64,000 nucleotides of DNA from an uncultured Planctomycetaceae bacterium (GTDB taxonomy: Bacteria; Planctomycetota; Planctomycetia; Pirellulales; Thermoguttaceae). The notes beneath the pieces are model-generated. The model searched no databases. It saw nothing but the letters and a program-made list of their open reading frames with translations, and had not been told where the DNA came from. The DNA lies in assembly GCA_964436865.1 (NCBI GenBank), contig CAYTFK010000002.1, forward strand, positions 20,890 to 84,889. The letters are read 5' to 3'. Of this stretch, positions 51,949 through 60,022 are shown in pieces (the first letter of the stretch is position 1; every line of letters starts with the position of its first letter). Made by a program: the position numbers and the translations under genes.

Positions 51949-52989
51949 ATGAGCAACAACGATGTCCCGTCCGATGACGTGGCCGCCGTCGAGGAGTGCC
52001 GCCAGGCCTATGAGCGGATACGGAGCGAACTGGCGAAGGTGATCGTCGGCCAGGAGAACGTGATCGAGCAGGTGCTCATCGCGATTCTGGCCCGTGGTCA
52101 CGCGCTTCTGGAGGGTGTGCCGGGACTGGCCAAGACGTTGCTCGTCAGTTCGCTGGCCGAGGCGACTCACCTGAGCTTCAAACGGATCCAGTTCACCCCC
52201 GACCTCATGCCCAGCGACGTGACAGGAACCGAGATCATTCAGGAAGACATTGAGACGGGGCACCGGAATTACAAGTTCCTGCCCGGCCCGATATTCGCCA
52301 ACATGATTCTGGCCGATGAAATCAATCGCACGCCCCCCAAGACGCAGGCCGCGATGCTGGAAGCGATGCAGGAACGGCAGGTGACTTCCGGAGGAACCGT
52401 GCATCGGCTGCCCGAGCCTTTCTTCGTTCTCGCCACGCAGAACCCGCTCGAGCAGGAAGGAACCTACCCTTTGCCCGAGGCGCAGCTCGACCGCTTCCTC
52501 CTCTACATCAAGGTGGAGTATCCCACCGGTGCGGAGGAATGGGAGATCGCCCGACGTGTGACAACCGGGCAACAAGGCAAGATCGCTCCGCTGATGACGG
52601 GCAAGGAGATCCTCGGCTTTCAGGATCTGGTGACGCGCGTGCCCGTCAGCGACCAGGTGCTCGGCTACGCCTGGGCGCTGGTGCGGGCGTCGCGACCCGG
52701 AACGTCGGAAGCCCCCGAGTTCGTCGACCACTGGGTATCGTGGGGAGCCGGGCCGCGCGGGGTGCTCACCCTGGTGACGTGCGCCAAGGCTCGCGCGATC
52801 CTCCACGGCCGCTATCACGCCGCCCTGGGCGATGTGCAGGCGATCGCCAAGCCGGCGCTGCGGCATCGCATCGCCGGCAATTACGCGGCCCAAGCCAACA
52901 ACCTCACCGGCGATCGTCTCGTGGAGATGCTGATGGAGGCGCTGCCAGCCGATCGGCGCTACGATAAGCCCGCAGCCGTCGCCGGTTAA
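51949..52989 (+). CDS. moxR: MoxR-family AAA+ ATPase
   Basis: Walker A region LLEGVPGLAKT. Walker B ILADEINR. ATQNP sensor motif. The ATG at 51949 gives the typical length of about 346 aa. Confidence 0.92.
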   Translation: MSNNDVPSDDVAAVEECRQAYERIRSELAKVIVGQENVIEQVLIAILARGHALLEGVPGLAKTLLVSSLAEATHLSFKRIQFTPDLMPSDVTGTEIIQEDIETGHRNYKFLPGPIFANMILADEINRTPPKTQAAMLEAMQERQVTSGGTVHRLPEPFFVLATQNPLEQEGTYPLPEAQLDRFLLYIKVEYPTGAEEWEIARRVTTGQQGKIAPLMTGKEILGFQDLVTRVPVSDQVLGYAWALVRASRPGTSEAPEFVDHWVSWGAGPRGVLTLVTCAKARAILHGRYHAALGDVQAIAKPALRHRIAGNYAAQANNLTGDRLVEMLMEALPADRRYDKPAAVAG

Positions 52990-53003
52990 TAGAAAGCGAT
53001 CCC

Positions 53004-53912
53004 GTGGCCAAGAGCATCCTTTCCCGCTATCTCGACCCGGCCGTCCTGAGCCGCATCGCCGCGCGGCGAATCGAGCCCCGCGGCCTGGTGCTGGGCAACC
53101 TGGCCGGAGCACACCGGTCACCGATGGCGGGATTCGCCGTCGAATTTGCCGGGCATCGGCCCTATGTCTGGGGCGATGATCCGAAACACATCGACTGGCG
53201 AATCTATTTCAACCGCCAGCGGTATATGATCAAGCAGTATGAGATGGAGACGAACTTTGTCTGCCACCTCGTGCTCGACACCAGCGCGTCGATGCGCTAC
53301 GGCGAAGGCGACGGGCAGAAGTTGCTGTATGCCGCGCGGATGATCACTACGCTGGCGTATGCCGTATTGCGGCAGAGCGATAAGGTCTCGCTCACCACAT
53401 TTGACGAGCGATTGCGAGGCTTTTTGCCGCCGAGCAACTCGATGGCCCAGGTGGTCCGCATGACCGGGCACCTTGACCAGACGCGGCCGGTTCACAAGAC
53501 CAACATGGCCGACTGCCTGATGGAACTCGCCGGACGGATGCGGCGGCGCGAGATCGTCATGATTTTCAGCGACTTCTTCACCGATCTGGACGTCCTGGAA
53601 AAAGCCATACAGCGGTTCCGCTATCACCGTCACGAGGTGGTGCTCTTCCAGGTCTTGCACCACGATGAGTGGGACTTCGACTTCGAGGGCTCAGTGAAAT
53701 TCGTCGGCCTCGAAATACCCGAGGAACTGCTCACCAGACCCGAAGAACTCCGACGGTCCTACTTGGCAGCCCTGGACGAGTTCAATGGTCGCTTCGACGC
53801 GATCTGCCAGCGGAATCGCGTGGAGCGGGTACCAGTCGACACCAGCCGCGATTTGGCCGGGACATTCATCGATTACCTCAACCAGCGCAGCCTGCTGAAC
53901 CGGGGCCGATAG
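53004..53912 (+). CDS. DUF58 domain protein (MoxR partner)
   Basis: GTG start 14 nt after moxR. Signature (G.H.S...G.GVEFAGHRPY..GDD.K.IDW) and DTSASM. Confidence 0.9.
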   Translation: MAKSILSRYLDPAVLSRIAARRIEPRGLVLGNLAGAHRSPMAGFAVEFAGHRPYVWGDDPKHIDWRIYFNRQRYMIKQYEMETNFVCHLVLDTSASMRYGEGDGQKLLYAARMITTLAYAVLRQSDKVSLTTFDERLRGFLPPSNSMAQVVRMTGHLDQTRPVHKTNMADCLMELAGRMRRREIVMIFSDFFTDLDVLEKAIQRFRYHRHEVVLFQVLHHDEWDFDFEGSVKFVGLEIPEELLTRPEELRRSYLAALDEFNGRFDAICQRNRVERVPVDTSRDLAGTFIDYLNQRSLLNRGR

Positions 53913-54190
53913 GCTGAATCCTCCAACAGCGGGGTACATGTCACTAGAACCGGCAAATTCTTCCTATTCTTCCCGGACTTCTTCATTTTGCTCGCCGCCG
54001 TGATATAGTGAGGCTAACATTGGACCGGCCGGCGGTTCGATAGACCTCATATATCCCCCCTTTTCCTAATGTTGCGTCTATTGGTATTCGCTCGGGAAGC
54101 AAAAGGCGAGGCGGCATTCGTTCCCAATTGCATGTGGGCAACGGCACCAGACTGGCTTCCAGCGCAAACCTCAAAAGTCCGAGCGGTCCG

Positions 54191-55456
54191 ATGCCACCAG
54201 AAGAAGTCGTCATCACGGGTGTGGGCGTAGTCAGCCCCATCGGCATCGGCAAGGATTGCTACTGGCAACAGATGTCCGCTGGGCGAAGCGGCGTGGGACC
54301 GGTCGGTTCCATTGACTCGGGTACTATTCCAGTGGCGGCGGCCGGCGAAGTGCGCGACTTCGATGCGAAGAAGTTCGTGACGCCGCGAAAGAACCTGAAG
54401 GTGATGGTCCGCGACTCGGAGTTGGGCGTGGCCGCCTCGGTGCTGGCCTGCCAGGATGCCAGGTTGAATCCGGGCGACGTCGACCCCGAGCGCTTCGGCG
54501 TCGTGCTGGGCGCCGACCGCATCAGCGGCCCGTTGAGCGATAGCGAGGAGCCGCATCGGCGGTGCATTGTCGACGGGCGGTTCGACTTCAGCCGCTGGGC
54601 CACCGACGGGATGTCGGTGGCGTTTCCTTTGGCTTTTCTCAAGGTGCTGCCCAACATGATCGCCTCGCACGTGTCGATCGCTCACGACGCGCGAGGCCCC
54701 AATAACACGATCCATCAGGGAGATGTGTCGGGGCTCTTGGCCATGGCCGAGGCGACGCGACTGATCCAGCGTGGGATGGCCGAAGCGGTGCTTGCCGGCG
54801 GCGCGAGTTCGATGCTGAAACCTTACGACTGGGTATGCCACTGCGTGGTTGGCCGAGTCTCGATGCGGCAGGCCGAACCGGAATCGATATGCCGGCCCTT
54901 TGATGCCGACCGTGACGGAGAAGTCAAAGGAGAAGGGGCGGCACTGCTTGTGCTCGAGAGCCGGCGCCATGCGGAAGCTCGCGGCGCCACAATCCTCGCG
55001 CGGATTCTCGGCTGCGCTTCGTCGTACGAGATCCAGAACGGCTCACCACGCAAGGGGGAAGGACTGCGGCGCGCCATCGGCGGGGCGATGCGCGAGGCCG
55101 CCGTCGAACCTCGCGGCGTGGGGCACGTCAACGCCCACGGTGCCAGCACGATCTTCGACGATGAGATCGAAGCCCGCGTCATCCGGGCTGTGCTGGGCGA
55201 CGTGCCGGTTACCGCACCGAAGAGCTACTTCGGCAATTTGGGGGCGGCCGCCGGAGCAGTGGAAATGGTCGCCAGCGTAATGTCGCTCCACACGGGACTG
55301 CTGCCGGTGACGCTCAACTACCGGCGTCCCGATCCGGCGTGCGCCGTCCGCGTGGTCCACGGCGAGCCGTGGAAATCGCCGGCCCCGGCGGCAGTGGTCG
55401 TCAACATGACTCGGGCCGGTCAGGCTGTGGCGATTGTGCTGTCGGCCGCGGAGTGA
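54191..55456 (+). CDS. beta-ketoacyl-ACP synthase (FabF/KAS II)-like protein lacking the catalytic Cys
   Basis: KAS fold (VVITGVGVVSPIG, VNAHGAST, GAAGAVE). The ACxSG position reads GDVSG (Asp178, 54722-54724). The second catalytic His reads Asn349 (GNLGAAAG, 55235-55237). Confidence 0.85.
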   Translation: MPPEEVVITGVGVVSPIGIGKDCYWQQMSAGRSGVGPVGSIDSGTIPVAAAGEVRDFDAKKFVTPRKNLKVMVRDSELGVAASVLACQDARLNPGDVDPERFGVVLGADRISGPLSDSEEPHRRCIVDGRFDFSRWATDGMSVAFPLAFLKVLPNMIASHVSIAHDARGPNNTIHQGDVSGLLAMAEATRLIQRGMAEAVLAGGASSMLKPYDWVCHCVVGRVSMRQAEPESICRPFDADRDGEVKGEGAALLVLESRRHAEARGATILARILGCASSYEIQNGSPRKGEGLRRAIGGAMREAAVEPRGVGHVNAHGASTIFDDEIEARVIRAVLGDVPVTAPKSYFGNLGAAAGAVEMVASVMSLHTGLLPVTLNYRRPDPACAVRVVHGEPWKSPAPAAVVVNMTRAGQAVAIVLSAAE

Positions 55457-56043
55457 CTCGGCGCGGCCGCGGGCTGGGCACTGGCGGTGGCCTTGACGGC
55501 GAATTCATAACGCCCCCACGCCATAAGCAGCAGCAGGATCGCGACGAGTATCGCTGCCAGCGAGATCCCCAGCAATACCGTGTCGAGACTTGCCTGCTGA
55601 AGTTTGCCCACAAGACCCTCGCCCGGCTCCCGCGGCTTCTTCACTTTTTTCGGCTTGGCGGCCGGTTCCTCTGCCACATCGGACACGCCCTCAGCGGCAA
55701 GAACCTCGCCCACCCCGGCTTGAGCAGGCTCGCCCGGCAAAGGCGTGGGCTCGACGACCGCCGCCTCACCCGTAGCGTCCACTAACGGGTCGCCGGTCGG
55801 CAGGGAGAAATCATCTTCCGGGAGGTCAAATTCGTTGCGTTCTGGGGTCTTGCCATCAGACACGGCGTGCTCTCCGGGCTCTGAACCCGCGGATAACCAG
55901 GCGAAAGTACTTCCCCCTCCATTATAATTCGAGGCTTTCGGACTGCCACGAAAAACACGAAGCGGGACCGCCGAGTCACCCCCCTCTACGGATGGGTCGC
56001 AATAATCCGTGCCGCGCGACTGCGCCGCGGAGCGTCGCACCAA
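55420..56043 (-). CDS. hypothetical acidic/Pro-rich protein with C-terminal TM anchor
   Basis: Only plausible frame in this interval and GC3-rich. One TM (VLLGISLAAILVAILLLLMAW). The start is uncertain: TTG at 56043, or a GTG preceded by GGAG further in (VSDGK...). Confidence 0.4.
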   Translation of the reverse strand: MVRRSAAQSRGTDYCDPSVEGGDSAVPLRVFRGSPKASNYNGGGSTFAWLSAGSEPGEHAVSDGKTPERNEFDLPEDDFSLPTGDPLVDATGEAAVVEPTPLPGEPAQAGVGEVLAAEGVSDVAEEPAAKPKKVKKPREPGEGLVGKLQQASLDTVLLGISLAAILVAILLLLMAWGRYEFAVKATASAQPAAAPSHSAADSTIATA

Positions 56044-56065
56044 GACCTGTCCGGTGGCGGGATGG

Positions 56066-56251
56066 CTAGCGGCTGGAGAGGTTCCAGTTGTTTAGCACGT
56101 CTTCAGAGCCGGGCGTCAGGTTGCGGACCTTCTCGACGATCACCGACTTCTCCGAAACAGTCGCCTTGGCCAGCCGCTTCTCAAGTCGAGCCAGTTTCTG
56201 GCGGCGGTGACGCCGGCGCTTGAGTTCCTTCTTACGCTCGCTGATCGACAC
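56066..56251 (-). CDS. small basic protein, unknown function
   Basis: GTG at 56251 with AAGGAG about 8 nt upstream, giving a 61-aa Lys/Arg-rich helical peptide (SERKKELKRRRHRRQKLARLEKRL...). The track ORF extends to 56311. Confidence 0.5.
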   Translation of the reverse strand: MSISERKKELKRRRHRRQKLARLEKRLAKATVSEKSVIVEKVRNLTPGSEDVLNNWNLSSR

Positions 56252-56323
56252 GGCAAGGGCTCCTTGACGGGTGCTGGTCTCTGGATGGGAAACCAGTATT
56301 TTTATCACCAACCGGCAAGGAGG

Positions 56324-57460
56324 TCAATCGTCACTCTCGGCGGGGTCGCGCAGCGTCACCGTGAATGTGCTCCCTGCGTCCGGCCGGCTATCGACCGTCA
56401 CGGAGCCCCGGTAGAGCGCGGCGAGTTTCTGGACGATGGAAAGGCCCAGGCCGCTGCCAAGAATTTCGCGCGTCTTGTCGTTCCGGATGCGAACGAATTC
56501 ATGAAACAGTTGCGATCGTTCGTCGTCAGTCATGCCGATACCCGTATCGGTCACCGTGAGGCGCACCGTGTCGCCTTGACGTTCGATCCCTATCTCGACC
56601 GACCCGCCGTCGCGGTTGTACTTCACCGCGTTTGAGACCAGATTGTTGAGAATCATCTGCAACTCGCCGCGATCGGCCGCTAGTGTAACCGCCGGTTCGT
56701 CGAGCAGTCGGATGGTGATCCCGCGTCCGGCGGCCTGCGCGGCCACGGTCTCGATCGCCGATTGGGCCGCCGCCTTGAGGCACACCGGTTCGATCTGCCG
56801 GTTCTTGCGGCCCGACTCGATGTGTGTCAGATCCAGCAAGTCGTCGATGAGCTTCCGCATGCCGTCTAGCCGGGCATGGCAACGGCCGAGGGCTTGGGAG
56901 TAGGCAGCCAGTTCGTTGCCCATCGCACGATCGTCAAGCATCGCGAGATAGCCGTCGATGGCGTTCAGTGGGGCCTTGAGTTCATGGCCGAGCACGCGGA
57001 TGAACTCGAAGCGGACTTGTCGCTTCTCGTCGGCCAGGCGCCGAGTCTGCTTGGCGAGTATCAGGCGGGCCGCCGCCTTGCGGACCGTGCTGCGAAGTTC
57101 GTCCGGCGTGAAAGGCTTGGCGAGAAAATCGTAGGCCCCGCGCTTGGTGGCGGTCACGGCAGTCTCGATCGAGGCGTACGCCGTGATCATGATCACGAGC
57201 ATGTCGAGCTTCATGCCTGCCAGGCGGTCAAGCACGTCGAGCCCGCTGATGCCCGGCATCTTGTGATCCAGCAGCAGGATGTCGGGCGGTTCGGTCTGGA
57301 TCTTCTCCAGCGCCGCTTCGCCCGACTCCGCCTGATCGACGGCGAAGCCGATCGGGCCGGCAATGTCGGGCATAGTGAAACTGAACTCTCGGAGCGTCCG
57401 CTCGACGCCCCGCCGCATGCCGAATTCGTCGTCGGTAACCAGAACGCGGAGCGTTTCCAT
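56324..57460 (-). CDS. hybrid receiver-histidine kinase (REC-HisKA-HATPase)
   Basis: REC domain (VLVTDDE...LLLDHKMPG...KP). H-box LGHELKAPLN. N box LVSNAVKYN. G boxes DTGIGM and GSGLGLS. Confidence 0.88.
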   Translation of the reverse strand: METLRVLVTDDEFGMRRGVERTLREFSFTMPDIAGPIGFAVDQAESGEAALEKIQTEPPDILLLDHKMPGISGLDVLDRLAGMKLDMLVIMITAYASIETAVTATKRGAYDFLAKPFTPDELRSTVRKAAARLILAKQTRRLADEKRQVRFEFIRVLGHELKAPLNAIDGYLAMLDDRAMGNELAAYSQALGRCHARLDGMRKLIDDLLDLTHIESGRKNRQIEPVCLKAAAQSAIETVAAQAAGRGITIRLLDEPAVTLAADRGELQMILNNLVSNAVKYNRDGGSVEIGIERQGDTVRLTVTDTGIGMTDDERSQLFHEFVRIRNDKTREILGSGLGLSIVQKLAALYRGSVTVDSRPDAGSTFTVTLRDPAESDD

Positions 57461-57466
57461 GGCGGT

Positions 57467-57979
57467 TCAATTCGTCAACAGCCGCTCGATCTCGGTGCTG
57501 AGCTGCTCGAAGCGGATCGGCTTGGTGAGAAAGGCGTCGGCCTTGATCCAGGACCGTTCCTCCGCCGTCGCCGTATCGAACTCCAGGCCCGTCTCGCGGT
57601 TCACCGAGCTCACGAGGATGATGGGGATCGACGGATCTTTCTTCTTGATATGATAGCAGAGCGTGAAGCCGCCGTCAGGATTCTCCATCATCAGGTCGAC
57701 CACTGCCAGGTCGGGCCGGCGGTGCGAGAGGATCTCCTCGGCCCGGCTCTCCCCTTCGGCGATGATCACCTCGAAGCCCGCGGCCTCGAGCCGCGTCTTC
57801 TGCTGGAAAAGGAAATCGGCGTCGTCGTCGACCAGCAGGACGATCTTGTTGGCTTGTTCGATGCTCATGGCTTCGTGCTTTCTCGGAGACGGGTTGATAC
57901 GTTCTTGCAGCATTTCCAGCCGGTAGGCGATCACGGGCGCTGCCTGGATGGACGGGATAATTGGGGTGCGGGGGATCAT
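57467..57979 (-). CDS. single-domain response regulator (CheY-like receiver, no output domain)
   Basis: REC motifs (LLVDDD, DLAVVDLMM, LVSS, LTKP). The ATG at 57979 forms an ATGA overlap with the upstream kinase stop. An alternative ATG at 57868 (MSIEQANK) gives a minimal 133-aa receiver. Confidence 0.85.
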   Translation of the reverse strand: MIPRTPIIPSIQAAPVIAYRLEMLQERINPSPRKHEAMSIEQANKIVLLVDDDADFLFQQKTRLEAAGFEVIIAEGESRAEEILSHRRPDLAVVDLMMENPDGGFTLCYHIKKKDPSIPIILVSSVNRETGLEFDTATAEERSWIKADAFLTKPIRFEQLSTEIERLLTN

Positions 57980-59955
57980 TCGCGGCGGGGCAAGGTTACG
58001 GTGAACGCGGTCCAGGTCGGCCCCACGGCCGGATCGGGCTGCGAATCCACGCGGATATCGCCGCAGTGCATCTTGATGATCCCGTAGCTCACCGCCAGCC
58101 CCAGGCCCGTTCCCTTGCCCGATTCCTTGGTCGTGAAGAACGGCTCAAAGATCTTGGCGAGATTCTGCTTCGGGATGCCGACGCCCGTGTCGCTCACCTG
58201 CACCGATACGCGCTGGGCGTCGCCGCTGGTGCGGATCGTCAGGCGGCCGCCGTGGACCATGGCGGCCATCGCATTGGTGACCAGGTTGGTGAGCACCTGG
58301 ATGATCTGGTCGCCGTCCACCTCGACGATCGGGTCGTCAAGGTCGTGGCGGACGTCAATTGAAATGTCGTCCGGCACCCTGGTCGCGTTCAGGGTCCGAT
58401 CGATGAGGTTTCGCAGATCGACCGGTTGCCGGACGACTTTGTGCTGGCGGGCGAAATGGAGCAGCCCCGCGACGATTTTCTTGCAGCGATCAGCCTGCTC
58501 GGTAATCATCGTCAGGTCGTCGCGAATCCGCGGATCCTGGCACTCATCGAGCAGGAGGTGTGCATACATCAGGACCACGCCAAGCGGGTTGTTCACTTCA
58601 TGGGCAATCCCTGCCGCCAACTGCCCCATGCTGGCCATCTTCTCCGACTGCATGAGGGCTTCCTGGGTGCGGGCGAGCTGCCGGTTCGAGGCCTCGATGT
58701 CGGCCAGCGCGCACTGGAGCTGATCGATCATGAATGGCAGGCACATCTCGTTTTCTGCCAGCCCCTTATAGATCGCCACGGCATGCTCGCGGCAGGAATC
58801 GTATCCGCAGGCTCCGCAATTCAACTCGTCATCGGGGGAGTACTTCCCCATCCCGGCCATGATCTCGGTCAGCTCCTCCGGCGCCGGAAGCGGGATCCGC
58901 TGGTCGTTGGGCTGGAACGTCCGCCGCAGATCGAGATCGCTGAAGCGGTCCATGTCGCCCTGCCACTGCTCGATGTCGAGGGCCGCCATGCGGCGGTTGA
59001 CATGCACGCGGACATGGCGGCGGCGGTTGAACAGCGGCAGATCGTTGTTGATCCCGGCCCCCATGATGCAGCCTTCGCAGCACAGGGCTTCGAGCAGCTT
59101 CGCCCCCAGATCGCCGTCGGAGAACTCCTTGATCGCCTCGATCATGTGGGCGCGGCCCTGCGTCGAGACGACTTCGCCGTTCATCAAGTCTTCTTCAATC
59201 TCGGCGGCCTGGAGGATGCCGCGGCTGATGGGGAACAAGCCGCCAGCGGCGCCGTGGGGCGGGTCGAAATGGCTCGGATCTATCGCGCCGGGCCGGATGC
59301 CTTGCTCCTGGCACATGCGGCGAAATTCAGCAAAGGTCAGCACGCCGTCGATCTCGGCCGCTACTTCCTCCGCCTCCGCTTCACACTTCTTCGCGATGCA
59401 CGGCCCGATGAAGACCACGTTGACCTCGCGGCCGTGCAACGCGCGGATGACGCGTGCCGTTGCAATCATCGGCGATACGACCGGGGCAAGCGACCCAACC
59501 ATCTGCGGATAGTACTTCTGGACGTAACTGGCGACCGCCGGACAGGTGGTGGCGATATGGCGATGGCCGTTCGTGTTCCCCACCAGCCGGCGATACTGCC
59601 GGGCAACCAGGTCGGCGCCAAACGACACCTCGTGGACAAGGTGGAAGCCCAACGCGCGGGCCATGCCCGCCACTTCCTCCGCCGAGGCATCGATGAATTC
59701 GGCAGGGAAACTGGGGGCGAAGCACGCCGCCACCCGCTCTCCCGACTGGATGAGCTCCCTTACTTGCGGAACGGTGTCACGGATCTGCTTGGCTCGCTGC
59801 GAGCACACGCGGACGCAGTTTCCGCACGCGATGCATCGGTCCCCAATCACCTCGGCCTGCCCGGCGACTATGCGAATCGCCTTGGCCGGACACTCGCGGA
59901 CGCACGTGTAGCACATGCGGCAGCGTTCGCCGATAGTGGTGATGTAGGCGTTCAT
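57976..59955 (-). CDS. [FeFe]-hydrogenase-like sensory domain fused to a histidine kinase
   Basis: Two N-terminal 4Fe-4S motifs ([24 protein letters not shown]). H-cluster-type motifs in variant form ([19 protein letters not shown]). Cys-rich CGACGYDSC module. Then H-box AHEVNNP and HATPase boxes ([21 protein letters not shown]). Confidence 0.88.
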   Translation of the reverse strand: MNAYITTIGERCRMCYTCVRECPAKAIRIVAGQAEVIGDRCIACGNCVRVCSQRAKQIRDTVPQVRELIQSGERVAACFAPSFPAEFIDASAEEVAGMARALGFHLVHEVSFGADLVARQYRRLVGNTNGHRHIATTCPAVASYVQKYYPQMVGSLAPVVSPMIATARVIRALHGREVNVVFIGPCIAKKCEAEAEEVAAEIDGVLTFAEFRRMCQEQGIRPGAIDPSHFDPPHGAAGGLFPISRGILQAAEIEEDLMNGEVVSTQGRAHMIEAIKEFSDGDLGAKLLEALCCEGCIMGAGINNDLPLFNRRRHVRVHVNRRMAALDIEQWQGDMDRFSDLDLRRTFQPNDQRIPLPAPEELTEIMAGMGKYSPDDELNCGACGYDSCREHAVAIYKGLAENEMCLPFMIDQLQCALADIEASNRQLARTQEALMQSEKMASMGQLAAGIAHEVNNPLGVVLMYAHLLLDECQDPRIRDDLTMITEQADRCKKIVAGLLHFARQHKVVRQPVDLRNLIDRTLNATRVPDDISIDVRHDLDDPIVEVDGDQIIQVLTNLVTNAMAAMVHGGRLTIRTSGDAQRVSVQVSDTGVGIPKQNLAKIFEPFFTTKESGKGTGLGLAVSYGIIKMHCGDIRVDSQPDPAVGPTWTAFTVTLPRRE

Positions 59956-60022
59956 GGCAGGCAGGGCTCTCTCGACTCCTCACGCTCCCAACGAGACACT
60001 CGCCTGGAGCACGGCAGGCGCC

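Noticed and set aside
54143-54156. Second sigma54-like element (GGCAC-N5-TGGC) upstream of the KAS-like gene
   Set aside because: The -24 T is missing (CGGCAC) and the -12 element reads TGGC rather than TTGC. It is too degenerate to call.
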